Part shown: piece by piece, positions 37,625 through 47,824 of the stretch
Layout: every line of letters starts with the position of its first letter
How positions within the stretch are numbered: position 1 is the first letter of the stretch
Notes under the pieces: generated by a model
Database searches by the model: none
What the model saw: the letters and a program-made list of their open reading frames with translations, nothing else
Told to the model about the DNA's origin: nothing
Source: an uncultured Acidimicrobiaceae bacterium
Lineage (GTDB): Bacteria; Actinomycetota; Acidimicrobiia; Acidimicrobiales; CAIXPF01
Direction: 5' to 3'
Length of the DNA stretch: 64,000 nucleotides
NCBI GenBank assembly: GCA_963775055.1
Contig: CAVZHK010000001.1
Coordinates: forward strand, 461,402 to 525,401
Made by a program: the position numbers and the translations under genes

Positions 37625-37953
37625 CTACGCAGTCGGTGGCTGGTAGCTCGGGCGGAGGCTACTGCCCTCATCGACTTCTTCCGCAGTAAACAGGAGTTCC
37701 GCAGTTGATGAAGGCACTGTCCCCGCCGACAACGATGTCGTCAGCACCGCTGCAACGGAGGCTGAAGTTGGCAGTTCGACGATCCCGACAGCCGAGAGAT
37801 TGTCGCTTGACCAGTAGGGACCAGCGACGACCCTGCCTCCGACACTCTCGAACAGGCCCTGGAGGACTTCTCGACGGCTGGAGATGCGCCGGCCGCCACA
37901 AGCGCCCGGACTGCTTCAGCGGTATAGGTTCCTCGTATCAGATAGTGTGCCAT
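37625..37953 (-). pseudogene. GYD domain protein, frame break near 37888
   Basis: The first frame gives MAHYLIRGTYTAEAVRALVAAG. My own translation of the next frame gives ISSRREVLQGLFESVGGRVVAGPYWSSDNLSAVGIVELPTSASVAAVLTTSLSAGTVPSSTAELLFTAEEVDEG, with a stop at 37625. Confidence 0.65.
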
Positions 37954-38141
37954 CGCATCCTCGTCTTCAGGGTTCTCGAAGGGCTTCGTGTCGCCTGCAA
38001 CCTAGCTCCGGACGATCGGGCTCGCATCGTACGGCTCTACCTGAGTCCCGGCCCGGCCGGCGCCTCGCCCCCGGGGCGGTAGTGGTCGTTGCCGGATGGA
38101 CCGACCGGGCCCTCCGCCGCCTGTGTCAACGGGCCATTGAT

Positions 38142-38345
38142 GGGAGGATGTCCCGAGTCTCGTGGAACTTCGGGGTGGCCCGGGTGTGATGTTATGCGGT
38201 CTTGGCGAGTGGTTGGTGGATTCTGGTTTGTAGGTTGAGGGGGGCGGCGAGCTGCGCGAGTTGGCGGTGGCCTTTGACCCGGTTGTATTGCTCTTCGGCG
38301 CACAGGATCCCGGCGGCAGCCCAGCGCAGTCGCATGTCCCCGGGG
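38142..38345 (-). mobile_element. IS256-family remnant (one terminal inverted repeat plus the last ~50 codons of the transposase)
   Basis: The stretch gggaggatgtcccgagtctcgtggaacttcggggtgg...gcgcatgtccccgg aligns by eye with 51356-51555 of the full IS copy. Homology stops at the palindrome ggggactgcccc/ggggcagtccc (38342-38365). Confidence 0.8.
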
Positions 38346-38632
38346 ACTGCCCCGGGGGCAGTCCCGAACCTCTACACCGCCCTCCACCACCTCCACACCA
38401 CCGGACCCTGGCCCCTACCCACCTGAACAGTTACTCGACGGCTGCGTGCTGTACTCCCGTGGGGCGATCTGGTCGGTGACGCCGGCAACGGGTGGCCTGG
38501 GCACGCCGATCGACAATGCTCCGCCTTATCGTGCGAGCCAGGGCCTGGCTACTGTCGTCCTGGATGGGCCAGTGCCCTGGTGGGGTTTGGGCTAGCCTGC
38601 GGACCGTTCGGTCGCATAGGGAGGGGTTCCAG

Positions 38633-39782
38633 GTGGAGACATGGAACGGGTTGAGTGCTGCCGAGGCGATCGCTGTGGAGGCCGACGCCCGTTGGGATGA
38701 GCTGGAGGCAGGCTGTCGGTTTCCTGACGATCTGTATCGGGGGCTGGCTGGGGCAGGGGTGTTCACCCAACTTGTTCCCGCCGAGTCTGGCGGCGCAGGA
38801 CGCAGCCCGTGCGACACTTTTGATCTGGGGATGGAATTGGCGCGGTACAACGGCAGCTTGGGCTGGATCGCCAGCCAGGGCGCGGCGATGATGGCCCTCT
38901 TTTACTCGCTGGCGTCGCCTGGGCTACGCGACGCGGTGCTGGGCGATCCCTTGGTCCGTCTTGCGGGTGTCAACACCGCGGTTGGACGGTTCCGCACGGC
39001 AGGTGATGGTGTCGAGATCAGCGGACGGTGGCCGTTCACCTCCGGCTGCGAGGGCTCGTCGTGGTGCGTGGTGTTGTTGTTGCCGGACGGGTCCAATGAT
39101 CGCGGCGAGCTGCGTATGGCTTGTGTGCGGGCCGACCAATACCGGGTCGATCGCGATTGGGATCCGGATGGCTTGCGCGGCACCGGCAGTCATTCCATTG
39201 TCGTCACCGGGGAGTACTGCCCTTCGGATTACCTCTTCGACATCAACCTTCGATCAACTCTCGAGCATCCGGTGGCGTGCGCAAGTCCCGCGGTGGGCGG
39301 GCCGTGGCCGATCTCGGCGTCCGTTGCTGCCACCCAACTCGGCCTGGCCCGACGAGCCCTCGACGAGGCCACAGTGATCGTGGACAGCAAAGCGCCGGCG
39401 CCAACGTTCACGCCCCTGAGATCGAGCCACGCCGTACAACGCGAACTCAGCCGGCTCGAGGGCCTATGGTGGGCGGCGCAGGCCGGAATGCGAGAAGCAC
39501 TGACTGAACTATGGGAGGCAGCCATTTCCGACGGTGTCTCGCTGCAGCACCGGCGCAAGGTGCCATCTGCAACCACACGGCCAACGCGGCCGCAGGGCGG
39601 ATTGTAGAGGACAGCGTGGCTTCTCGCCGGGACCAGCGCTTTGTCGCATTCTCACCCGCTGGCCCGCTGCTTGCGGGATAGCCGGCCGTTGCTCGGCCAC
39701 ATCTCTGCGAATGAACGGGTCCTTGAGTACGCCGACCAGGTCCGCCAGAGCGGCGCCCAGTTGCCGTTCGCCCTGATCTGAC
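38633..39782 (+). pseudogene. acyl-CoA dehydrogenase-fold (flavin-dependent oxidoreductase/monooxygenase-like) protein, at least 2 frame breaks (about 39555, about 39628)
   Basis: The GTG at 38633 is preceded by gggagggg. The ORF has ISGRWPFTSGCEGSSW and LRGTGSHSIVV. The C-terminus can be recovered only by frame hopping, as AICNHTANAAAGRIVEDSV then GTSALSHSHPLARCLRDSRPLLGHISANE, with a stop at 39782. Confidence 0.6.
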
Positions 39783-39983
39783 CAAGGGCAGGCGCCGATC
39801 GACGTCGTGCGGAAGGCCGCGTCGTCACCGAGCGGGCCGACCGGACCAGTCCTCCGGACTGTTGGGGGGCGGATCGAATCCCTGAGCCTGCTATCGAGCT
39901 GGGCGCAAGTCGCGCCGGTCGAGAGACGGGAGGGCACGGTCTTTATGCCTCGCAGCGGTTGCGGTGCTGGAGTGGGCTTGGCT

Positions 39984-40793
39984 TCAGGCCGTTCCTCTAG
40001 CAACGAGAACAACGTCTGGGAAGGTGTAGCTGCCGCTGCCGTTCCTGTACGGGGCCGCACGCTCTCGAACCCCGTTCTCGATTCGGTCCTGGATCTCTTG
40101 GGGCTGCTCGTGGAGCCCGGTGATGATCCATCCCGAGTTGAGGAGGACGTCGAGGTCCTTGATGGTGACGGGCTTCTCCTTGACCTGGCAGTCGACCTCG
40201 CTATAGCCACAGCCCTGCAGCAACTCGACGTATACGAAGGGCTCGGCCACATCGAGAAGCGCACCACCAGGTACGGTCTCGGGCGGAAGCACAGCGGAAA
40301 CCGCCTCGGCGAACGATCCCCAGGACGGCTGTCGAGACTGGATCGGGTGAACGATGACCAACCGCCCACCCGGCACCAGGACTCTTCGGATCTCACCGAA
40401 TGCTTGCTCGGGCCGAGCCATGTGATGCGCACAGTAGTTGACGACAGCAAGGTCGAACCGGTCGGCGCTGAACGGCAAATCCTCGGCGTTGGCAACCCGG
40501 AAGTCCAGTTTCGGGTGGTGCCGTTGGGCTTCGGCGATCATCTGAGCCGAGAAGTCCACTCCTGTTACCTCGGCTGCGTACTCGCTGAGCTGAGCCGACA
40601 ATACCCCGGGCCCGCACCCGACATCGAGCACTCGTTCCCGCGGATCGATACCTACGGCCTCTCGGATGAGGTCGAGCTGGCCGCTGTTCGCGGTGAGATT
40701 CGCCACATGCTCGACATAGAGGGGGGCGGCTCCTTCCCACGCACCATGCTCATAGAACTCAACCTTGTCCGGTTCGTACGACGCCATCACCAA
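39984..40793 (-). CDS. class I SAM-dependent methyltransferase
   Basis: The 269-aa ORF is intact. It has motif I VLDVGCGPGVL and the post-I and motif II regions (DLAVVNYCAHHM, LVPGGRLVI). Confidence 0.8.
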   Translation of the reverse strand: MVMASYEPDKVEFYEHGAWEGAAPLYVEHVANLTANSGQLDLIREAVGIDPRERVLDVGCGPGVLSAQLSEYAAEVTGVDFSAQMIAEAQRHHPKLDFRVANAEDLPFSADRFDLAVVNYCAHHMARPEQAFGEIRRVLVPGGRLVIVHPIQSRQPSWGSFAEAVSAVLPPETVPGGALLDVAEPFVYVELLQGCGYSEVDCQVKEKPVTIKDLDVLLNSGWIITGLHEQPQEIQDRIENGVRERAAPYRNGSGSYTFPDVVLVARGTA

Positions 40794-41179
40794 CCTCCCT
40801 CACCAAATCCGACTGCGCAGCAATCGGCCCCGCCGGGCAGTACACCACACGTTCGACGGCTCCGCATGAGAACAGGGTCGATGTTTCGTCGCGTTGACCG
40901 GTACTGGATCTCACCGGGGCGGCAGCACTCTCGGCCACCGAGGGTAACGAGCAAGCGGACGTCGAGCTGGCGAGCCATCAGAGTGCGGCGCTCCGGTCGG
41001 CATCGCGTAGGGATCGAGCCCTGGGCGCTCTGCTGGACCGCTCGGATCCTTCGCAGTGCGCCGGCAGGGTCCTTGCCTGACTCGGCCACGCCGGCCGAAG
41101 GTTACGTAGCCGCCCGATAACGACGTCGTGCCGACCGCCCTTGGCCACGGCACTCCGGCACTTAGGGTCCGCCGATGAA

Positions 41180-41690
41180 TTACGTGGTTGTAGTTTGTTT
41201 GCGGCGAGGCTTCAGTGGAGTTCCAGCGATGGTGTAGTTCCATTCGCCGTGGAAGGCGTGTCCGGTGAGCGGGACGGCTTGGAGTTCGGCGTCGGTGACC
41301 TTGACACCTTTGGGGTAGCTGCCGGTGTCGCGTTCGGCTCGGACCTTGAGCCGGTACGGGTGGTGGTGGCGGCGATGAGGTCGACAACGACTTCGTGGCT
41401 GGTGAGGGGACGGCCTCGCCAGTTTATTGTGATGTGGGAGAAGAGGCGGTGCTCGATCCGGTTCCATTTCGACGTTCCGGGAGGGAAGTGACAGACCGTG
41501 ATGATGAGACCGGTCCGAGCGGCGAGCTCGCCGAGCTCGGCGTTTCCAGAGGCGACCGCGGTAGCTGTTGGATCCTCCTGCATCGCCGGTGATCAGCAGC
41601 CGTTTCGCGTTCGGGTACAACACCTGGCCGGCGCTGTGCCACCACCTGGCGATGCTCGACGCCGCGAACGCCGCGGTGTCCCCGTCGCTC
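41180..41690 (-). pseudogene. ISAzo13-family (Rhodopirellula-type DDE) transposase, C-terminal fragment with frame break
   Basis: The fragment has DTAAFAASSIARWW, LLITGDAGGSNSYRGRLWK, PPGTSKWNRIEHRLFSHITINWRGRPLTSHEVVVDLIAATTT and GEWNYTI. These are spread over two frames, and the N-terminal half is absent. Confidence 0.7.
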
Positions 41691-42208
41691 ACATGTTTCT
41701 CGAAGCGCTCGGTCAACAAGCAATCGAATCAGGCATGAAAGTCGCCTGGTTCACGCTCGAAAACCTCGGCGGCTTGGTCCGCCGCCACCGAGCCGATGAC
41801 ACCGTCACCCGAGCCGTGACCCGCATCCTGCACTCCGAACTCGTCGTGATAGATGACATCGGGCTTCTCCCCGTCAGCCCCGACGCCGCCGAAGGCCTCT
41901 ACCGCCTCGTCGACGCCGCCTACGAGAAACGCTCCATCGCCGTGTCATCCAACCTGCACCCCTCAGGATTCGACGGAAATCATGCCCAAAACCTCGCCGG
42001 CGCCACCGTCGACCGACTACTCCACCACGCCCACCTCTGCCTCACCACCGGCGACAGCGTCCGCCTCCAACAAGCAACCACCGGAATTGGAGTCAAGCCC
42101 CTGGCCTAAACACCGCGCAGCCCTGGTGGCCACCACCGCGCAACTCTGGTGGCCACCACCGCGAGGTTCCCATGACCGCCACCGCGCAGAAACCCGTGGC
42201 CATTGACA
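41691..42208 (+). mobile_element. IS21-family fragment: 3' part of the istB helper ATPase plus the repeat-rich IS end
   Basis: The IstB-like sequence is FLEALGQQAIESGMKVAWFTLENL ... VVIDDIGLLPVSPDAAEGLYRLVDAAYEKRSIAVSSN ... ATVDRLLHHAHL, with a stop at 42109. It is followed by ctggtggccaccaccgcg x2 and a related third copy, ending ...cattgaca at 42208. Confidence 0.7.
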
Positions 42209-42488
42209 GTCGGCTCGCGTCCACCTCGAAGAGCGTGTGCTCGAAGCATTCTCTGGTGGTGCCATCGAATCCGGACGTGTCGACGCACACGTCGCAAACG
42301 TCGAGCCAGAACCGGTCATGTCGGGAGTAGCTGAAGTTGCCCAGGTACCCTCCACTGACACCGATCCAGTTGTGCACGAGCCTGCCGATCTCTCGACGGG
42401 TGAGCTTCACCGAGTCCATCGCCGACCCGATACTGCTTCCGCACTCAGCGGATCGATCCAGCACATGACCTCTATCGTGCCAGCCCAT
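42209..42488 (-). pseudogene. hypothetical protein gene truncated at its 3' end by the IS21 fragment
   Basis: Translation from the ATG at 42488 reads MGWHDRGHVLDRSAECGSSIGSAMDSVKLTRREIGRLVHNWIGVSGGYLGNFSYSRHDRFWLDVCDVCVDTSGFDGTTRECFEHTLFEVDASRL. The reading frame then runs into IS21 end sequence. Confidence 0.3.
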
Positions 42489-43449
42489 CGAGGCACTCCG
42501 ACCGACTGACCTCGAGCACGTGTCGGCCGCGCGATCGGCTGCCGTGCCACCACCGCCCGTAGCGTTCGGCACTCACCCGAAGCCTCCGGCCCAGCATCTA
42601 TTGCCCCTGCGGAAATCCCTCAGACACAGCTGGAGATCCTGCGGATCTCCGACCGGGAGATGGCGACAGCGCTGCGGCGCGGCATTGTTCGAGTGGTCGT
42701 GCTTGTCAACGTGACCGCCGCCTGCAACCACGTCGCGCCGCAAGCGCGTCCACGTCGATGGTGGACGATGCGATAGCGAGCCCGGGGCAATCGGACATTC
42801 CGTCGCCGGCCCGATCGGCGCCACCTCCCGGCAGCGTCCCGGCATCTCCTACTCGCCATGGGAGGTGGGATCCGTTGTCACGTCATAGCTCTCGGCAGGG
42901 TCCCTACGTACGGCATGGACAACAACACCGCCAGGCGAACAGTCACAGTAGAGGAGGCCACGGATGCTCGGTTGCTCACGGCCACGGCCATGCCCCAGCC
43001 TCCGCCGGCAGTTGGCACGCTGCCGCGACGAGCGGTGCATCAGCGCCGAGCGTGATTGGGTCAACACCTTCGCCGTGCACCACGAAGCGATCGATTCGGC
43101 CGCAACTTCAGCGCTTCAACCTGGCCGACGGGTCGTTGAGACGCCAACGGGCCGGTCACGACAGGAGCAAATCTGTTACTCCATTCCGAACGAAACGGCC
43201 CGAACACCTCAACGCGATCGTCAACACGATCCTCAACGACACCAGCGAACTGATCTGAACGACGCGGTTTCAGCCTCAACGATGCGCTCTGCTGGCCAAC
43301 GGCGACCTCAACGCGCTCTCGGCGGTCTCGATGGGCCGGCCGTCCAGACGCACCACGTTCATTGACTCCGCCACCCGGGCCCCTGTGTCGCGTCCGGTCC
43401 GTCGCGTGCGCTTATCCCCATCGACCGACTCAAACCTGGAGGAATCCCC

Positions 43450-43653
43450 TTGTCTGCCAAGCTCACCTACACCGTTACCGAGGCCGCCCAGCTGCTCGGC
43501 ATCTCCCGCACAAGCGCCTACGACTGCGTGCGGCGAGGCGAGATCCCCGCCCTTGTCCTCGGCCGGCGCATCGTGATCACCCGCAACGCCCTTGAACACC
43601 TGCTCGGCCCACTCCCCATGGCCGCCACGCACGTCGACCGCGACCACTCGTGA
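43450..43653 (+). CDS. xis: excisionase-family helix-turn-helix DNA-binding protein
   Basis: The TTG start is preceded by ggagga. The 67-aa product has the MerR-type Xis signature YTVTEAAQLLGISRTSAYDCVRRGEIPALVLGRRIVITRNALEHLL. Confidence 0.7.
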   Translation: MSAKLTYTVTEAAQLLGISRTSAYDCVRRGEIPALVLGRRIVITRNALEHLLGPLPMAATHVDRDHS

Positions 43654-43819
43654 CGAATCCCAACACACCCCCAGCTCGCTCCCGTGCGACCGCAACGACA
43701 ACGCGGCCAACACGTCTGAAATGAGGCTCACAGACTTGCCGGTTCCCCAAGGGGAACCGGCTGAAGGCACAACACCACCACCAAGCCACCGCCACGCCGC
43801 AGCTACCTCACCCAACGCC

Positions 43820-44362
43820 ATGCGCACCATCGAAGCCTCCAACACGAGCGCCGACCCCATCCGCTACCGGCAGCGCTGGCTCGCCGACCTTTTCCTCGCC
43901 CGCGACGAAGCCGCCGAACAATGGGCGCAGGCTGGCGCAGTCCAAGAAGCGTCGCTCCAGGCAGCCATCGACGCCATGCAACGCAGGGAAACCCGCCGCA
44001 CGTGTCGCCCGTCAACACGAACAAGCGATACAACGCTTGCGTACCGCCGAAGATGCCGAACAACGACGGCTGCGACGCAACGCCCGCCAACGCGCCAGCT
44101 ACGCCCACAGACGCAACCGAGGACACGCCGATCCCGAGGGCCGTACCGGGCTCCGCACAGATTGCGATCGTCGTCGACCCCGGTGCCTACGCCACCGTCA
44201 AAGCCGAGGCCTACAGAGCGGCGCACATCAATCCCCGTCGTTCTCGGCGAGATCCTCACCACCACCAAGCTCCCTGACCGTGCCAGCTCCAGAAGTCCGG
44301 TCCCCGATGGCAGCGCACAGGACAAGGACGACACGCCAACCAACACGCCCGGATCGCCATAG
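43820..44362 (+). pseudogene. hypothetical element protein (coiled-coil, then a ribbon-helix-helix-like segment), readable only across at least 2 frame changes
   Basis: Segments lie in three frames. They are DPIRYRQRWLADLFLARDEAAEQW, then LRTAEDAEQRRLRRNARQRASYAHRR, then IAIVVDPGAYATVKAEAYRAA followed by IPVVLGEILTTT. Confidence 0.3.
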
Positions 44363-44669
44363 ATAGCGACATCTGGCATCAACTTCACCTCGACGCCATC
44401 AACTCCAACTACACCACTGGCCACTGGGTCGGCCTCCATATCGAACACTGGGCACAACCCAATGAGTCCCGCCCTTTGGGGCCAGCAAGCCGCTGCTGAC
44501 CACAGCCTCGGCGAGGGCCCGTGTGTGTGTGTGTCGGCTTCGCATCTCACGGAAAATCTCACGCACTCGTTGCGACACGCTAACAATGGGCACGACGGGA
44601 CGAACTCGCTGCGGACAGAACGCCTGCTCAGGGCGTCGCGAGGCGTCTCAACGGACGGCTGTCAAGGCC

Positions 44670-44713
44670 CTCTTAATCCGCAGGTTCTCGGTTCGAATCC
44701 GAGGGGGCGCACC
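44670..44713 (+). repeat. att repeat copy 2 (44-bp core of the tRNA-Lys 3' end)
   Basis: The sequence ctcttaatccgcaggttctcggttcgaatccgagggggcgcacc is identical to 35958-36001. The next 20 nt (gcaaacgggcaggtcagggc) are a diverged version of the tail seen in copies 1 and 3. The upstream 30 nt retain a weak D-arm-like ctcaacgg. Confidence 0.9.
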
Positions 44714-44828
44714 GCAAACGGGCAGGTCAGGGCGGTAGTGGACGCCCGGAGCGGCCGATCACCCGGCAGAAAGTTTGGCGCCAGCGGCGCGTTAGACCGA
44801 CTGATAGACACCCCGATAGACTGCGCCG

Positions 44829-46280
44829 GTGGGGCAGGCCGCGGACCCGTTTGAGTCCAAGATCGACCGCTCGGGGTGCCACCACCTCTGGACGGGTAGC
44901 AAGTCCGCCCGCGGTGCCGGACAGGTACGAATTGGCGGCAAGCTGCACACGGCGGCCCGGATCGCTTGGGAACGGGTCCACGGGGCCGCGCCGGAAGGCG
45001 CCAAGGTCCTGTCCTGCCCCACCGAACCGGCCTGCGTTCGCGTCGAGCATCTCCACCTGAAACAGGCGAAAGCGAAAGACATCGGGCGCCGCTCAACCCG
45101 CGGCAGCGGCTCAATGAGCCAACTCGGACCGGACACCTGGAAACTCACCGTCGACGCTGGCCGCGACGGTCACGGTCGAAGGCAGCGGGTCTACCGCACC
45201 GCGAGAGGCACCCGAGCAGACGCAAGCCGAGCACTCGCCGCCCTGGTCACAGAAATAGGGGAAAGCCCTGCCGTGCCAACGTCCGCTTCGAGAAACTTGA
45301 CCGTCAACGAACTGGCTGAGTGGTACCTCGCGTTCGCCCGAGACGAACGCGGGCTCGAGCATTCCACCTTGGTCGGCTATCGCGAGGTCTACGACAACTG
45401 GCTGCGACATCACATCGGGCACATGAAAGCGGCCGGGCTCGACGGCGCCGCTCTCGACAACGCGTTCGGCCGCATGCGCCGAGGCGGGATGTCCGACAGC
45501 CGCATGAACAACGCCCGGGCGTTGATCTCCGGGGCCTACAAGTGGGGCCAACGCCACCACAAAGTCCCCGTCAACCCCGTCGATCGCTTCGAGTTGCCCT
45601 CCAGCTCCAGCGCCCCCAGGCCCACCGCCACCCCTGAGCTGGACGAGCTGCTCCGGCTACTCAACGGGGCCGAGGACCACGATCCCGAACTCGCCCCGGT
45701 GCTCAAGCTCGGCGCCACCACCGGCATGCGCCGAGGCGAACTCTCAGGTTTGCGCCGAGACCGCCTGCGCCTCGACCGAGGCGAACTGGTGGTGGACACC
45801 GCCATCAACGACGCCGGCGGGATCGTCGTCGAGAAACCCACCAAGACCAAACACAATCGCACCGTCAGCCTCGACCCCGTCACGATCGGCCTGTTGCGCC
45901 AGCACCTCGCGGGCATGGACCAGCGCGCCGCCACCTGCGGCGCCGCTGTGCCCGAGAACGGTTTCGTGTTCAGCCTCGACCCCACCTGCCGGACGCCGAT
46001 GCGACCCGAACTGATGACCAGACGCATGCGACAGCTCCGCGAGGCCCTGGGCATCCGCCTCGGCGAGTTCGACGCCACCATCCTCGCGTTGCGCAAGTGG
46101 ACCAGCACCGAGCTGATGGACGCCGGCTTCAACCCCTCAACGGTCAGCGGCCGCCAAGGCCACAGCGTGCAAGTCATGCTGGCCCACTACTCCACCCACC
46201 GCCGCTCCGCCGACCAAGCCGCCGCCCAACACCTCGGCCACAAAGTCCACGGCCCCCAGGAAGACACTCACAGCACATGA
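44829..46280 (+). CDS. tyrosine recombinase/integrase B with an in-frame N-terminal HNH-like Cys/His extension
   Basis: The 483-aa ORF is uninterrupted. Residues 1-95 read FESKIDRSGCHHLWTGSKSARGAGQVRIGGKLHTAARIAWERVHG...CPTEPACVRVEHLHL. The canonical integrase part starts at MSQLGPDTWKLTVDAGRDGHGRRQR (ATG at 45114). The catalytic region has ATTGMRRGEL, LRKWTSTE, GHSVQVMLAHYS. Confidence 0.8.
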   Translation: MGQAADPFESKIDRSGCHHLWTGSKSARGAGQVRIGGKLHTAARIAWERVHGAAPEGAKVLSCPTEPACVRVEHLHLKQAKAKDIGRRSTRGSGSMSQLGPDTWKLTVDAGRDGHGRRQRVYRTARGTRADASRALAALVTEIGESPAVPTSASRNLTVNELAEWYLAFARDERGLEHSTLVGYREVYDNWLRHHIGHMKAAGLDGAALDNAFGRMRRGGMSDSRMNNARALISGAYKWGQRHHKVPVNPVDRFELPSSSSAPRPTATPELDELLRLLNGAEDHDPELAPVLKLGATTGMRRGELSGLRRDRLRLDRGELVVDTAINDAGGIVVEKPTKTKHNRTVSLDPVTIGLLRQHLAGMDQRAATCGAAVPENGFVFSLDPTCRTPMRPELMTRRMRQLREALGIRLGEFDATILALRKWTSTELMDAGFNPSTVSGRQGHSVQVMLAHYSTHRRSADQAAAQHLGHKVHGPQEDTHST

Positions 46281-46538
46281 TCCATGGTGCGGCGCCAGCC
46301 CCATCCAAGCCGCACCCACTCCGGGCACCGATTCCATCCGGGCAGGGGAGTTGCCGCGGCCACGAGACCATCACGCACGGTTGCACAGACCATCACCCGT
46401 CGCTACGGACGACAACGCTCCCTGCTGCGGTGACCACCCGTCACCCCGAACAAGTGGCGCCGACCCCATAGCCGGGCTCGAGAGATGCGCTTACAAGCCG
46501 GCGTGGCTCGGCCAGGATCAGCGAGCCAGCACCAGTGA

Positions 46539-46591
46539 CCAATCCCGTGATTGGATGGGTCATTGCCATGTGATTCATAGTGGTATATGGT
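46539..46591 (+). promoter_or_regulatory. putative operator palindrome plus promoter for a leaderless RES-Xre operon
   Basis: The palindrome CCAATCccgtGATTGG lies at 46539-46554. TTGCCA lies at 46563-46568, then 17 nt, then TATGGT at 46586-46591. This ends 6 nt before the ATG at 46598. Confidence 0.35.
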
Positions 46592-46597
46592 TGTGCT

Positions 46598-46987
46598 ATG
46601 GTGACGGTGAGCAGGCCCGAGCTGCGGGCACATGATCATGCGATGCGAGTCCCTTTCGCAACAGCAGCGAAAGAGCTGCGAGATCTGCTGACACCTCGGC
46701 TTGTCGCCTACCTCAGCGGGGTTCGCGAGACACGAGCCGTTCACCAGTGGGCCGACGGGACCCGAGAAGCGAAATCCGGCGAGGTCGAGGACCGCATTCG
46801 CTTCGCGTTGCAGGTCGCGCTGCTGCTCAGCGAGCACGACGCACCACGTGTCGTCCAAGCCTGGTTCCAAGGACTGAACCCACACCTCGGGGACCGCTCA
46901 CCCGCAAGACTCCTTCGCGAAGGTGATCTCGACGAATTCGGTCCCATGGTGCTCGCCGCGGCGAGAGCCTTCCTCGTCGGCGGGTGA
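46598..46987 (+). CDS. Xre/ParS/MbcA-type antitoxin (DUF2384-like)
   Basis: The ORF has LVAYLSGVRETRAVHQWADG and WFQGLNPHLGDRSPARLLREGDLDEFGPMVLAAARAF. It overlaps the RES gene by 4 nt. An alternative GTG start lies at 46580. Confidence 0.7.
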   Translation: MVTVSRPELRAHDHAMRVPFATAAKELRDLLTPRLVAYLSGVRETRAVHQWADGTREAKSGEVEDRIRFALQVALLLSEHDAPRVVQAWFQGLNPHLGDRSPARLLREGDLDEFGPMVLAAARAFLVGG

Positions 46988-47655
46988 GACAGGCCGCCGC
47001 ACCGACGGTGCTCTACCGGCTCGGGCGACGCCCCGACCCGTGGGCATGGCCGGACTGGGCCTACGCCGAGGCCGACGGCACGTTCGGCAACCGCTACGAC
47101 GACCCCCAGGGGATCTACCGGGTTCTCTACGCCTCAACGCAACGAACTGGAACCTTCGTGGAGTGTCTCGCCTACTACCGTGCCGACATCCACGTCATCG
47201 CGGAACTCGCAGCCATCATGGGCGACGAGGGCGACAACGAACCTCCTGCCCCCGGCGTCGTGCCTAACGAATGGGTAGACCAACGCTGCGTCGGGCGGGC
47301 CGTACTTTCCGGGGACTACGCCGATGTCGGCCACCACCAATCACTCGCCGAGCTACGCGCCGCCCTCGCCGCCCAAGCAGTCCACCACGGCCTGCACGAT
47401 CTCGACGCCGCCACCATCCGACTGACCGCCCCCCGAGCCCTGACCCAAGCCATATCCCGCTACGTGTTCAGCCAAACCATCAACGGCCACCGACGTTGGA
47501 ACGGGCTCACCTACCTCTCAAAGCACGGCGACAACCTCCGCAACTGGGCCATCTTCGAGCCCGCAGATCCCGACATCATCGACATCACCAATTTCACAAA
47601 CCAAGACCCCGGCCTCAACGCCGCTCTCACACTCCACAACCTACAACTCGGGTAA
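46984..47655 (+). CDS. RES domain toxin
   Basis: The 223-aa ORF has GNRYDDPQGIYRVLYASTQRTGTFVECLAY (R...Y...S/E layout) and NGLTYLSKHGDNLRNWAIFE. Confidence 0.7.
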   Translation: MRQAAAPTVLYRLGRRPDPWAWPDWAYAEADGTFGNRYDDPQGIYRVLYASTQRTGTFVECLAYYRADIHVIAELAAIMGDEGDNEPPAPGVVPNEWVDQRCVGRAVLSGDYADVGHHQSLAELRAALAAQAVHHGLHDLDAATIRLTAPRALTQAISRYVFSQTINGHRRWNGLTYLSKHGDNLRNWAIFEPADPDIIDITNFTNQDPGLNAALTLHNLQLG

Positions 47656-47824
47656 CGACCCAATCCTCCATTCACGCGTGACTATTCCGACCGGTCCTCG
47701 CCGGTGGGGCGTGCATCTGCTTCCCCCGCGGGTGTCAGTCCTCAGGGACGCAAGCTTCTTCCTGTGGCGCTGGCACGATCATGGTCGTGACGATGCTTAT
47801 CCAGGAGGATCCAAAACAGGCCAT

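Larger units (their letters stand above)
36003..44713. mobile_element. integrated element A (about 8.7 kb) at tRNA-Lys, strongly decayed
   Basis: It is bounded by att copies 1 and 2. The integrase gene lies about 100 bp from the tRNA. An excisionase-like gene, IS fragments and many frame-broken genes lie inside. Confidence 0.75.

Noticed and set aside
44639-44713. Whether the partial tRNA-Lys copies (44639-44713 and 50456-50503) are functional tRNA genes.
   Set aside because: Copy 2 has only a degenerate D-arm-like ctcaacgg and no matching 5' acceptor strand. Copy 3 has no 5' half at all. Both are att remnants.
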